A stretch of 64,000 bases of DNA from Kiritimatiellia bacterium (GCA_050950285.1 JBMNHG010000003.1:1-64000); one strand, 5' to 3'; counted from the stretch's first letter, positions 9,478-19,823 are shown. The notes: generated from the letters alone by a model not told the origin. Made by a program: numbers and translations.

Positions 9478-10851
9478 ATGGTGGATCAAGTCTATCGTCC
9501 GCGCCGACCCAAGGCATCGCCCCTGTGGCAATGCCTCCAAGAGCATTTCGACCGGTTTCTGGACGCCTACGAGGAGCGGTACCAATCGCGGTTCGGCTTC
9601 CTGCGCCCCATCATCCCGGAGGTGGTCAATAAGTTCCTCGACTGCGGCGACCTTGAACGCGGGTTCGCCCGCGTGCGCTGCGACGACTGCAAGCACGAGT
9701 ACCTACTGGCGTTCTCCTGCAAGGGGCGCTGGTTCTGCCCGTCATGCCACCAGAAGAAAGTCCAACTTTTCGGCGCGCTGCTGTCCGAGACGATCCTGTT
9801 CCCGGTCCCGCACCGGCATTTCACCTTCGGAATCCCCAAGATGCTGCGCCCGTACTTCCGCTTCGACCGCGACCTGCTCAAGGACCTGTGCCGCCTGGCG
9901 CACGAGTGCCTGCTCGAATACCTGCGCGACACCCTCGACCTGCCCGAGGGGCTGCCCGGCATCGTCATGGCGATCCACACCTTCGGCGAGTACCTCGATT
10001 TTCACCCCCATCTGCACGCCCTGGTTGCCGACGGTCTCTTCGTGCGCTCAGGATTGTTTTACGTCTTGCCCGATGTCAGTCTCAAACCGCTGGAAGAGTT
10101 GTTCCGTGCGAGAATCATCACATTTCTGGTCGAGAAGGGTCTGTTGCCAGCCGCCCGCGCCAAGATGTTGCGCAGTTGGGTGCATTCCGGGTTCAATGTC
10201 CATCGCAGTCGCCGCGTGTTGCCCGACGAGCGCGAGGACCTTGAGCGCCTGGCCCAGTACATCATCAGGAACCCCTTTGCTGTCGAGAAGATGCAGGTTG
10301 CGGAGCCCAACCGCGCCAACCCGGACGGATCGGTTATCTACCGTTCCGGTCTCAACCCCAAGATTCAGCGCAACTTCGAGGTCTTCAGTCCGTGCGACTT
10401 CATAGCGGCCATCACCCAGCACATCCCGGACAAGAGTTTCCAGCTCGTTCGCTACTACGGCTGGTATTCAAATAAGATGCGCGGCCAGCGCGACAAACAC
10501 GCCGCCGAAGAGGCCGCAGCCGCGGGCCGGGCCGTGCAGATCATCGATGTCTCCGAACACAAACCTCGCCGTATCCCCTCGGCCAAGTGGCGGGAACTCA
10601 TCAAGAAGGTCTGGGAAGCCGATCCGCTCTTGTGCCCGAAATGCCGGAAAGAGATGCGCATCGTTTCTCTCATCAACGAGCGCGACGTGATCGAGCGCAT
10701 CCTGCGCCACATGGGCCTCTGGGAGCAGGGCGTGCGGGTCTTGCCGGCAAGGGCACCGCCTGAGGTTGCCGAATGGGTCATCGAGCCTTGCTACGATGAC
10801 CCATTCCCGGACTACGATACCGAACCGGTCATGATGTACGCGAACGGCTGA
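9478..10851 (+). CDS. IS91-family transposase, copy 2
   Basis: 457 aa with the same motifs as copy 1; divergent central patch. Confidence 0.95.
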   Translation: MVDQVYRPRRPKASPLWQCLQEHFDRFLDAYEERYQSRFGFLRPIIPEVVNKFLDCGDLERGFARVRCDDCKHEYLLAFSCKGRWFCPSCHQKKVQLFGALLSETILFPVPHRHFTFGIPKMLRPYFRFDRDLLKDLCRLAHECLLEYLRDTLDLPEGLPGIVMAIHTFGEYLDFHPHLHALVADGLFVRSGLFYVLPDVSLKPLEELFRARIITFLVEKGLLPAARAKMLRSWVHSGFNVHRSRRVLPDEREDLERLAQYIIRNPFAVEKMQVAEPNRANPDGSVIYRSGLNPKIQRNFEVFSPCDFIAAITQHIPDKSFQLVRYYGWYSNKMRGQRDKHAAEEAAAAGRAVQIIDVSEHKPRRIPSAKWRELIKKVWEADPLLCPKCRKEMRIVSLINERDVIERILRHMGLWEQGVRVLPARAPPEVAEWVIEPCYDDPFPDYDTEPVMMYANG

Positions 10852-11128
10852 TCCATCGCGACGGGTGCGGTGCGCCTCCAGACGGTGCCGAACTCGCCTT
10901 GTCGGGCCGTTTTACGGTCACTCGGACTTTTTGCCCGTGGTTTGACTGGCGTTCGAATCGCGTTTGACGTCGGACTTGACATCACCAGCCCGATCCTGCT
11001 ACATTTCCACCATGAAAGCGCTCATTCAGACCGGTTCTAGCCTGTCTGCGTGCGGACACGCACAGGCAGGCGGGCGGGTGCCCGTGCCCCTGAAAAGCGA
11101 TTTCTTATCAATCGATCAAATCTATGGG

Positions 11129-12136
11129 ATGCGAGTGAGAAAAAATAATTTACAGGCTGCAAATGATGTGGAGTTCAATATTCGGTCACAAGAGCAACAA
11201 CAGCTCCTTGAAATTCTGTTGCTTGACAGAACAAAGTCATCGATAAACGACCCCCAAAACATCATTTGGGCTAATGACAACTACAAAGAATATGATGCTG
11301 TTTCCTACGCAGCAAAGGCTCAAATAAGACCCGATCTGATTACCGGCAAGCAAAGTTCGTTGATTATGCCGCGGGCCCTGAAAGCGGCTGCTCTGCAGAA
11401 AAAGCGCACCAAAACAAAAGCCGAGGTTTTCACCCCGACCTGGATAGTCAAAAAACAAATTGATGCGGTGGAAAGTGATTACAAAGCCGATGACCTGCAA
11501 ACATACGTCAGCCGGAAATGGCTCGAAATTACCTGCGGCGAAGCCCCGTATATGGCGACCCGCTACGATATGGAAACAGGTGAACTTGTCCCGCTTGCCG
11601 AGCGTTGCGGTTTTGTTGACCGGAAACTTGCCCGTATCAATGCCGAAGTCAAAGACAAAGCCGAGTGGCAGTGCTTGGTTGAACTGGCTTACCAATCAAG
11701 CTACGGTTTTGAATGGAACGGCGATTCGCTCCTGCTCGCCCGGGAGAACCTTCTTTACACATATCGTGACTATTACATCAAAAAGTGGAGAAAGCAGCCG
11801 ATGCCGATCCTGTTAAATGTAATCGCCAAAATCATCAGCTACAATGTTTTTCAGATGGACGGCTTGACATATACGATCCCGCTTTCCCAAACAAAAGTAA
11901 AAAAGAAAATCGTCCAAACATTTTTTCCCTTAAACGGCACGAGTGAACCGGAAACCGATGAGTGGGAAATAACACAGGGGATGGGTGTCAAGATCATGAA
12001 CTGGAATGCACTTGAAATGGAGCTATTTGAGACCATTGCCAAACCCAACGCCAACTTTGCGGTTCGCGAGAACGCTCTTGCTCCAGCCCAGTGTTCCGAT
12101 CCCTTGTCAGAATTTGGTGGCGAACGTCCACGTTAG
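11129..12136 (+). CDS. Restriction-modification methyltransferase-like subunit
   Basis: LLEILLLDRT..NIIWA, KAEVFTPTW, LEITCGEAPY, SYGFEWNGDSLLLARENL, NVFQMDGL. Likely ATG at 11129; the ORF extends upstream into IS sequence. Confidence 0.75.
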   Translation: MRVRKNNLQAANDVEFNIRSQEQQQLLEILLLDRTKSSINDPQNIIWANDNYKEYDAVSYAAKAQIRPDLITGKQSSLIMPRALKAAALQKKRTKTKAEVFTPTWIVKKQIDAVESDYKADDLQTYVSRKWLEITCGEAPYMATRYDMETGELVPLAERCGFVDRKLARINAEVKDKAEWQCLVELAYQSSYGFEWNGDSLLLARENLLYTYRDYYIKKWRKQPMPILLNVIAKIISYNVFQMDGLTYTIPLSQTKVKKKIVQTFFPLNGTSEPETDEWEITQGMGVKIMNWNALEMELFETIAKPNANFAVRENALAPAQCSDPLSEFGGERPR

Positions 12137-12166
12137 CCGCAGTCGGTCAAAACAAAAGGATACTTC

Positions 12167-15100
12167 ATGAGCAACAATACGGTCATCAAAACCACCCGAA
12201 CTGTCTATCCGCAAATCTACGCTTACGTTCTCCCTGAATATGCCCCTAAAGAAGGATGGATAAAAATCGGCTATACCGAACGTCGCAATGTCGATGACCG
12301 TATCCGCGAGCAGACGCGCACCGCCGGAATCCGTTATGACAAGCTCTGGTCGGAACCCGCCAAGTTTCATAACTCTGACGAGTGGTTTTTCGACAAGCAG
12401 TTGCACTCTTACTTGCATAAATTCAAGCAAGTGAAGCGACTCCCAAACACCGAATGGTTTTACTATGACGGAAAACCTGCGCAGGCGCGCGCTGACTTCG
12501 ACGATTTTCGGTGCAGGGATGTAAGGCAGGTGGGCAAGGAACTCGATTACAAGCTGCGTGCCGAGCAGGAAAAAGCTGTCCAGATGACCATGGAGTACGC
12601 CACATCGCACAAGGGTGGCGAGTTCCTCTGGAACGCCAAGCCCCGTTTCGGCAAAACCCTCACCGCCTATGACCTGGCCCGCCGCCTAGAGGCGACAAAT
12701 GTCCTGATCGTCACAAACCGCCCGGCAATCGCCAACTCGTGGTTTGATGACTTTGAAACCTTTATCGCGTGGCAGACTGATTACCGCTTTGTCTCCACAA
12801 CCGACTCCCTGAAGGAGCGCCCTGTTCTCACGCGTGAAGATTTTCTTGGAGTTCTCGGCACACCGGGCGGGAAAGACGCCAAGTGCATTACCTTTATCTC
12901 GCTGCAAGATTTGAAAGGTGCGATCTGTTTCGGCGGGTTCATCAACAAACTCCAATGGGTTAAAGAATTGAACTGGGATCTGCTCGTTATCGACGAAGCG
13001 CACGAAGGCGTGGACACCTTCAAGACAGATGTGGCTTTCAAAAACATTACCCGAAAATTCACCCTGCACTTGTCGGGTACGCCCTTTAAGGCGGTGGCCA
13101 GCGGCAAATTTTCGGAAAAGCAAATTTTCAACTGGACCTACGCCGACGAGCAAGACGCCAAAGCCGCCTGGCCGGAAGATAGCGAAGAGAACAACCCCTA
13201 TGAAGGACTGCCGCGGCTGAATCTTTTTTCGTACCAGATGAGCCGGATGATCACCGACGAGGTCAACAAAGGCGCTGAAATCGACGGCAAAGACATCGAT
13301 TTCGCCTTTGATTTGAATGAGTTTTTCGCCACAGGCGATAACGGCAAGTTTATTCACGAGGCCGAGGTCAGTAAATGGCTAGATACTCTGACGCGCAATG
13401 AGAAATACCCCTTTTCAACCGATCAACTCAGATCTGAATTGAAGCATACGTTCTGGTTACTGAACCGTGTGGCGAGTGCGAAGGCTCTGGAAAAACTGCT
13501 AAGAGAACATCGCGTCTTTCAACACTACGAGGTTGTTCTGGCTGCCGGCGACGGCCGAAGCGATGAAGACGATCCGGCTGCCACAGAAAAAGCACTCAAC
13601 AGAGTGCGGAAGGCCATAAAAGAGAACGAAAGAACGATCACCCTCTCCGTAGGCCAACTGACTACCGGGGTCACCGTGCCGGAGTGGAGCGGCGTCATGA
13701 TGCTCTCCAACGTCAAGTCGCCCAGCCTCTACATGCAGGCGGCATTCCGCGCGCAAAACCAATGGAGCTACGCTGCCGGCGGCGAAAAGCAGCGTAAGGA
13801 GAATGCCTACGTCTTTGACTTCGCGCCGGAGCGCACCCTCATTATCTACGACGAGTTTGCCAACAACCTGAACCGCAGAACCGCGGGCGGAGGCGGCACG
13901 ACCGATGACCGCGAAAAGAACATCGGATTGTTGCTCAACTTTTTTCCCGTGATCGCCGAAGACAGCGACGGCAAAATGATCGAGCTGGATGTCAGGCAGG
14001 TGCTGACCATCCCCAAGACCATTAAAGCGCAGGAGGTTGTCAAACGCGGCTTCATGTCCAATCTGCTGTTTCAGAATATCTCCGGCATATTCGCTTCAGC
14101 CGAGGCGCGTGAAATCCTTGAGCAGCTCAACCCGGTCGCGCCGGGAAAAGTAACGCCGGGCCAGAAAAACAGCTCCATCGATACGCAAGGGGTGGAGGTG
14201 GATGATGCTGGCAGCGCGGTTGTCGCCCCAGCGATTGTCCTGGCAACTACAGATGCCCGATTTGGCGCAAAGCTCTATGGTGATCTTGCCACCGCCGCTA
14301 CTGAAGCAGCCGAAGAGAAATCCGCAAGCCTGACAAGCACGATTGCCGCCTCTTTTACTCACGGCGTTATGGAGACGGCCAAAGAGATCGCCAAAGAAAA
14401 CGCTGTAACTGTTGCCCAGGCTGAACAGGTTGTGAAGCAAAACGCGAATGTCCTGGCCCGCGAGGTTGAAATCGTACAGAGGCAAGCTGAAATAAAGAAA
14501 GCTGAGGCGGAGGTTGAATTGAAAAAAGAAGTCGCGGCTGCCGCAAACAATGTAGACGCGATTGTCCAAGCCAAAGCAAGATATGAGGAAACGCAGCGGG
14601 AAATCGACAGGACATTTAAAAAAGACCTTGCCGACAAGGTTTCGGAAAAAACAACGGAACTGATACAAAAAACGACAGGGGAGATACTCCAGAAAGCCGA
14701 GGAAAAGAAGAAAACTTCGGTTGAGGATGATATTCGTTCCCGTCTGCGCGGCTTCGCGCGCACGATTCCGTCGTTCCTTATGGCTTACGGCGATTTAGAG
14801 ACAACCCTGGCAACTTTCGATGACAACATCAAAGACGCGGTTTTCAAGGAAGTCACGGGCATCACCCTCGACCAGTTCAGAGCGTTGCGCGACACCTACA
14901 ACTTCTTCGACCCGGTTGTTTTCGACGAATCGGTTCAGGAGTTTCTACGCAAGAAAGCGGAGCTGGCCAATTACTTCGACGACAGCCAGGAAGAGGACAT
15001 CTTCGATTACATCCCGCCGCAGAAGACCAACCAGATTTTCACGCCCAAATGGGTCGTGAAGATGATGATCGACAAACTGGAGGAAGAAAACCCCGGTTTG

Positions 15101-16414
15101 TTTGCTGACAAAACCAAAACCTTTGCCGATTTGTACGTCAAGTCAGGCCTCTACCTGACCGAAATCGTCGCACGCCTTTACAAAGGGCTTGAAGACACCA
15201 TTCCAGACAAAAAGGCGCGGCTCAAGCACATCCTTGAAAACCAGGTGCACGGCTTCGCACCAAGCGAGATCATCCACGCGATCGCAAAAAACTTTGTTTA
15301 CGGCAATTTTGCCGATATTGACAATTCAAACCTGCAGTGCCGCGACCTGACCGAAGTGGCCAAAAACGGAGGATGTTTAGATATGAAATTTGATGTTGTG
15401 GTGGGCAACCCGCCGTATCAGGAGGAAACTAAAGACACCAGCGACTTACCGGTTTACCCCCTGTTTTATAACTTGGCGGAAAAAGTGGCTGCGAAATACT
15501 GCTTAATTTCACCGGCTAGGTTCCTGTTTAATGCCGGGAAAACTCCTGCCGTCTGGAATAATAAAATGCTGAATGACGAACACATTAAGGTGTTGTTTCA
15601 TGAGCAAATTTCCAGCAAGGTTTTTACGAATACCGACATTCCTGGTGGAGTTGCTGTTTTGTATCGTGATTCGCAAGCCAACTTCGGGAAAATCGGTACA
15701 TACACCATTTTTGACGATCTGAATACGATTGTAAAAAAGGTCGAAAATAATGCTGATTTTGAGAGTATTGTGCCTATCATTTATTTGCAGGAAAAACTTA
15801 ATCTCGACGCGCTGTATACGGATTTTCCAGAAGCGAAAAGTAAGGTGGGTAGTCAAGGCAGGGAAAAGCGTTTAACTACTTCGATCTTTGACACTTTAGA
15901 CATTTTCTCTGACAGACCATCAGGTTCTGCTGATGTTCGTGTTTTAGGATTGATTAGAAATCAAAGACTTTACAAATATATAAATCGAAAATACTTGGAA
16001 AGTCATCCAAATTTCGAAAAATATAAAGTTGTATTGCCGAAATCAAATGGTTCTGGCGCGATAGGTGAAGTTTTTAGTACACCCCTTGTGGGGGAACCTC
16101 TTGTGGGGGGACCCCTTGTGGGTCACACTCAGAGTTTTATTTCTTTTGGAGCATTCGACAACGAAAGCGAGGCGCAGAATTGCCTCAAATACATCAAATC
16201 AAAGTTCGCCCGGACACTGCTCGGCGTGCTGAAAGTAACGCAAGATAACAATCCCGAAACTTGGTCAAAAGTTCCCATGCAGGACTTCACGCCGCAGAGT
16301 GACATTGACTGGACGAAGTCCATTCCCGAAATTGACCGTCAGCTTTACGCCAAATACGGGCTTGACGAGCAGGAGATTGCCTTCATCGAAGAGAAGGTAA
16401 AGGCAATGGAGTAA
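12167..16414 (+). CDS. Fused GIY-YIG/T5orf172 nuclease - SF2 helicase - Eco57I-type adenine methyltransferase
   Basis: IYAY..WIKIGYT..EWF; AKPRFGKT; IDEAH; LSGTP; QIFTP; FDVVVGNPPY. Confidence 0.88.
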   Translation: MSNNTVIKTTRTVYPQIYAYVLPEYAPKEGWIKIGYTERRNVDDRIREQTRTAGIRYDKLWSEPAKFHNSDEWFFDKQLHSYLHKFKQVKRLPNTEWFYYDGKPAQARADFDDFRCRDVRQVGKELDYKLRAEQEKAVQMTMEYATSHKGGEFLWNAKPRFGKTLTAYDLARRLEATNVLIVTNRPAIANSWFDDFETFIAWQTDYRFVSTTDSLKERPVLTREDFLGVLGTPGGKDAKCITFISLQDLKGAICFGGFINKLQWVKELNWDLLVIDEAHEGVDTFKTDVAFKNITRKFTLHLSGTPFKAVASGKFSEKQIFNWTYADEQDAKAAWPEDSEENNPYEGLPRLNLFSYQMSRMITDEVNKGAEIDGKDIDFAFDLNEFFATGDNGKFIHEAEVSKWLDTLTRNEKYPFSTDQLRSELKHTFWLLNRVASAKALEKLLREHRVFQHYEVVLAAGDGRSDEDDPAATEKALNRVRKAIKENERTITLSVGQLTTGVTVPEWSGVMMLSNVKSPSLYMQAAFRAQNQWSYAAGGEKQRKENAYVFDFAPERTLIIYDEFANNLNRRTAGGGGTTDDREKNIGLLLNFFPVIAEDSDGKMIELDVRQVLTIPKTIKAQEVVKRGFMSNLLFQNISGIFASAEAREILEQLNPVAPGKVTPGQKNSSIDTQGVEVDDAGSAVVAPAIVLATTDARFGAKLYGDLATAATEAAEEKSASLTSTIAASFTHGVMETAKEIAKENAVTVAQAEQVVKQNANVLAREVEIVQRQAEIKKAEAEVELKKEVAAAANNVDAIVQAKARYEETQREIDRTFKKDLADKVSEKTTELIQKTTGEILQKAEEKKKTSVEDDIRSRLRGFARTIPSFLMAYGDLETTLATFDDNIKDAVFKEVTGITLDQFRALRDTYNFFDPVVFDESVQEFLRKKAELANYFDDSQEEDIFDYIPPQKTNQIFTPKWVVKMMIDKLEEENPGLFADKTKTFADLYVKSGLYLTEIVARLYKGLEDTIPDKKARLKHILENQVHGFAPSEIIHAIAKNFVYGNFADIDNSNLQCRDLTEVAKNGGCLDMKFDVVVGNPPYQEETKDTSDLPVYPLFYNLAEKVAAKYCLISPARFLFNAGKTPAVWNNKMLNDEHIKVLFHEQISSKVFTNTDIPGGVAVLYRDSQANFGKIGTYTIFDDLNTIVKKVENNADFESIVPIIYLQEKLNLDALYTDFPEAKSKVGSQGREKRLTTSIFDTLDIFSDRPSGSADVRVLGLIRNQRLYKYINRKYLESHPNFEKYKVVLPKSNGSGAIGEVFSTPLVGEPLVGGPLVGHTQSFISFGAFDNESEAQNCLKYIKSKFARTLLGVLKVTQDNNPETWSKVPMQDFTPQSDIDWTKSIPEIDRQLYAKYGLDEQEIAFIEEKVKAME
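16082..16122 (+). repeat. 15-bp in-frame tandem repeat (PLVGE-PLVGG-PLVG)
   Basis: CCYCTTGTGGG repeated three times at a 15-nt period in the C-terminal specificity region. Confidence 0.8.
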
Positions 16415-16620
16415 TAGCACCCTGAGTGAAAAATAAAGCCTGGCACTAAATCCGCCATGATTTTTAAGCACTTGTATATAATTTGCAATGACCTTTCTTC
16501 TTCGCCGGACAAGCTGGTCTCTGATGAAAATCACACTTGATTTGTTGAAAAACGCAATCAGCGAATTTGTTGTATTATGTTAATCTGTTGCCATTAACTT
16601 TTAAAAAATGCGAGCAGATC

Positions 16621-16934
16621 ATGAAAGAGATTGGGATTATGGATAAGTGTTTTAAGACAGGCGGGTTTTGCTACAGCTCTGATGGGCGCGGTTTGTGGAG
16701 ATATGCGCTGCTTGCTGTCGCCTTGCTGGTGTTGTCGCTCGGTTTCTGGGGCTGCGCTTCCAGACAGAAAGTAGCGCGAAGTGAGATGCCAAATATTATT
16801 TTGGTGCTGTGCGACAATCTGGGTTACGGCGATTTGAAGGTTTACAACCCCAAAGCCAAGCAGAGCACGCCGCGTATATCTCAACTGGCATCGGAAGGTA
16901 TGGTCTTTCATCATGCCTATGCCGCAGCCGCAGC
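16621..16934 (+). pseudogene. Sulfatase 5' fragment (duplicate)
   Basis: Same as 8625-8938. Confidence 0.85.
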
Positions 16935-17408
16935 GATGAAGCCCGCGAGCTGCGCCCACACATCGGGGTCGATCCGCACCCGGTCCTCGGGCAGGACGCC
17001 GACGTGCTCGCTGAGCCAGTCGGGCTCGATGGTGATTTCGCCCTCCAGCGACTCGGCGATCTTGTCCAGTACCGAGCGCATGTCCAGGTGCAGGGGCGTG
17101 CCCTCGTAGTGGGCCAGCAGCTTGCGGGCGAGACCGAAGCTGAAGGCCTCCTTGCGGCTGATTCTCACCGGCGACAGCGTGTAGGTCTCGTCGGTCAGCC
17201 GGAACCCGTGCCGGGCGTCGTCGTAGGCCAGCGGGGCGCGTTCCTCATCTCGCAGGAAGTCCAGGTCCCGCGCCACCGTGCGGCGCGAGATCTCGAACTC
17301 GTTCATGAAGTCCGTGCTGTTGGGCAGAGAGCCGGAATCGGCGCCCTCGCGCACCATCTGGACCATGCGCCGGATGCGATAGTACTGCGGTCTGGAACCC
17401 GTCTTCAT
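16917..17408 (-). pseudogene. Truncated HTH-WYL regulator (duplicate)
   Basis: Same as 8921-9412 with a few SNPs (NSS to NST). Confidence 0.8.
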
Positions 17409-17473
17409 TTTTCTCAAACTTTCTTCAGGGGTATGCCGTTAGATGACACACCCTCTTTTATACACTGGTCGGC

Positions 17474-18847
17474 ATGGTGGATCAAGTCTATCGTCCGCGC
17501 CGACCCAAGGCATCGCCCCTGTGGCAATGCCTCCAAGAGCATTTCGACCGGTTTCTGGACGCCTACGAGGAGCGGTACCAATCGCGGTTCGGCTTCCTGC
17601 GCCCCATCATCCCGGAGGTGGTCAATAAGTTCCTCGACTGCGGCGACCTTGAACGCGGGTTCGCCCGCGTGCGCTGCGACGACTGCAAGCACGAGTACCT
17701 GCTGGCGTTCTCCTGCAAGGGGCGCTGGTTCTGCCCGTCATGCCACCAGAAGAAAGTCCAACTCTTCGGCGCGCTGCTGTCCGAGACGATCCTGTTCCCG
17801 GTCCCGCACCGGCATTTCACCTTCGGAATCCCCAAGATGCTGCGCCCGTACTTCCGCTTCGACCGCGACCTGCTCAAGGACCTGTGCCGCCTGGCGCACG
17901 AGTGCCTGCTCGAATACCTGCGCGACACCCTCGACCTGCCCGAGGGGCTGCCCGGCATCGTCATGGCGATCCACACCTTCGGCGAGTACCTGGACTTCCA
18001 CCCCCACCTCCACGCCCTGGTCGCCGACGGCCTCTTCGCGCGCTCGGGGTTGTTCTACTGCCTGCCCAATGTGAGTCTCAAGCCGCTGGAGGAGATGTTC
18101 CGGGCGCGGGTCATCACGTTTCTGGTGGACAAGGGCCTGTTGCCGGCGGCACGGGCCAACATGCTGCGCGGCTGGGTGCATTCCGGGTTCAACGTGCATC
18201 GGAGCCGGCGCGTGCTGCCCGACGAGCGCGAGGACATCGAGCGGCTGGCCCAGTACATCATCCGCAACCCCTTCGCCGTCGAGAAGATGCAGGTCACGGA
18301 GCCCAACCGCGCCAACCCGGACGGATCGGTTATCTACCGTTCCGGCCTCAACCCCAAGATTCAGCGCAACTTCGAGGTCTTCAGTCCGTGCGACTTCATA
18401 GCGGCCATCACCCAGCACATCCCGGACAAGAGCTTCCAGCTCGTCCGGTATTACGGCTGGTACAGCAACAAGATGCGCGGCCAGCGCGACAAACACGCCG
18501 CCGAAGAGGCCGCAGCCGCGGGCCGGGCCGTGCAGATCATCGATGTCTCCGAACACAAACCTCGCCGTATCCCCTCGGCCAAGTGGCGGGAACTCATCAA
18601 GAAGGTCTGGGAAGCCGATCCGCTCTTGTGCCCGAAATGCCGGAAAGAGATGCGCATCGTTTCTCTCATCAACGAGCGCGACGTGATCGAGCGCATCCTG
18701 CGCCACATGGGCCTCTGGGAGCAGGGCGTGCGGGTCTTGCCGGCAAGGGCACCGCCTGAGGTTGCCGAATGGGTCATCGAGCCTTGCTACGATGACCCAT
18801 TCCCGGACTACGATACCGAACCGGTCATGATGTACGCGAACGGCTGA
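17474..18847 (+). CDS. IS91-family transposase, copy 3
   Basis: 457 aa; HUH and Zn motifs intact. Confidence 0.95.
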   Translation: MVDQVYRPRRPKASPLWQCLQEHFDRFLDAYEERYQSRFGFLRPIIPEVVNKFLDCGDLERGFARVRCDDCKHEYLLAFSCKGRWFCPSCHQKKVQLFGALLSETILFPVPHRHFTFGIPKMLRPYFRFDRDLLKDLCRLAHECLLEYLRDTLDLPEGLPGIVMAIHTFGEYLDFHPHLHALVADGLFARSGLFYCLPNVSLKPLEEMFRARVITFLVDKGLLPAARANMLRGWVHSGFNVHRSRRVLPDEREDIERLAQYIIRNPFAVEKMQVTEPNRANPDGSVIYRSGLNPKIQRNFEVFSPCDFIAAITQHIPDKSFQLVRYYGWYSNKMRGQRDKHAAEEAAAAGRAVQIIDVSEHKPRRIPSAKWRELIKKVWEADPLLCPKCRKEMRIVSLINERDVIERILRHMGLWEQGVRVLPARAPPEVAEWVIEPCYDDPFPDYDTEPVMMYANG

Positions 18848-19108
18848 TCCATCGCGACGGGTGCGGTGCGCCTCCAGACGGTGCCGAACTCGCCTTGTCG
18901 GGCCGTTTTACGGTCACTCGGACTTTTTGCCCGTGGTTTGACGGGCGTTCGAATCGCGTTTGACGTCGGACTTGACATCACCAGCCCGATCCTACTACAT
19001 TTCCACCATGAAAGCGCTCATTCAGACCGGTTCTAGCCTGTCTGCGTGCGGACACGCACAGGCAGGCGGGCGGGTGCCCGTGCCCCTGAAAAGCGATTTC
19101 TTATCAAT

Positions 19109-19510
19109 ATCAATAAATGCGCAATATGCGGATGCCCGATCCACCGCGATGGCGACTACGCGAAGCCAACCGTCCGCGGTAGGTCGCACGCGACCCGGCA
19201 TCACCACGTTGCGAAACGCTTTTTCGGTCGCTCCGCTAACCGCCGTGGCACCACCCGAGACGCCATCTTTGCCAAATGCCCGTGGGATGCCGAGTGTACC
19301 ACCTCCACCTTCTGTTACGAGTGTCACGAGGAACTGATTCATAACCCGGTCTTCCTGCCCGAAGACATCCACGGATTTGCAGAGCTCGTCAAAGCCCGTG
19401 GCCTTGATGAGCCAGAGAAAACGGATGAGCGAAGCCGTCTTGCAGGACGCATCAAGTTACTCCATGAAGTCATCAAAACTGGGCTGAAAGAGATGAACAA
19501 AATAACTTGA
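19109..19510 (+). pseudogene. HNH-like Zn-finger protein, 5' end replaced by the IS
   Basis: KCAICG...HHHV...CYECHE pattern begins right at the oriIS junction with no native start codon. Confidence 0.5.
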
Positions 19511-19574
19511 ACCTACTTAAGTACAACTTCCTGAAAAGGTTCAAGTACGCGTTCGGCAAACAGGATGAGATGAT

Positions 19575-19778
19575 ATGAGAAAACGTTCAGTGGGACGCTG
19601 CCCAAAGTGCGGATCAACCGATACCATCCGCATCGTCTACGGAATGCCAACGGAAGAAGACTTTGCCGCGGCCGAAAAAGGTGAACTATCGATTGGAGGG
19701 TGTTGCCAAGAGATTGATGCCCCTGACGCTAAATGCAAGGGTTGTGGTCACACATGGCTGAAGGGTGGCTCGAATTAA
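19575..19778 (+). CDS. Small Zn-ribbon protein
   Basis: CPKCGS..IVYGMP..GGCC...CKGCGHTW. Confidence 0.75.
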   Translation: MRKRSVGRCPKCGSTDTIRIVYGMPTEEDFAAAEKGELSIGGCCQEIDAPDAKCKGCGHTWLKGGSN

Positions 19779-19823
19779 GCAAATATATCTGCTGGCGCTG
19801 CCTGCCATGCTGCAGAGGGAAAC

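Larger units (their letters stand above)
8572..11112 (+). mobile_element. IS91/ISCR-like extended unit, copy 2 (sulfatase' + WYL' + transposase + oriIS)
   Basis: 2541-bp direct repeat of 16568-19108, offset 7996 at both ends; starts at TGTTGTATTATGTTAATC. Confidence 0.9.
16568..19108 (+). mobile_element. IS91/ISCR-like extended unit, copy 3
   Basis: Direct repeat of 8572-11112. Confidence 0.9.

Noticed and set aside
8571..10405. Long ORFs 8571-9113 and 8813-10405 (and their duplicates at 16.5-18 kb)
   Set aside because: Read-through across the sulfatase/WYL junction and shadow frames of GC-rich genes.
10964..11128. N-terminal extension of the RM gene as native protein
   Set aside because: It is IS right-end sequence present in all three copies; treated only as a possible fusion start.
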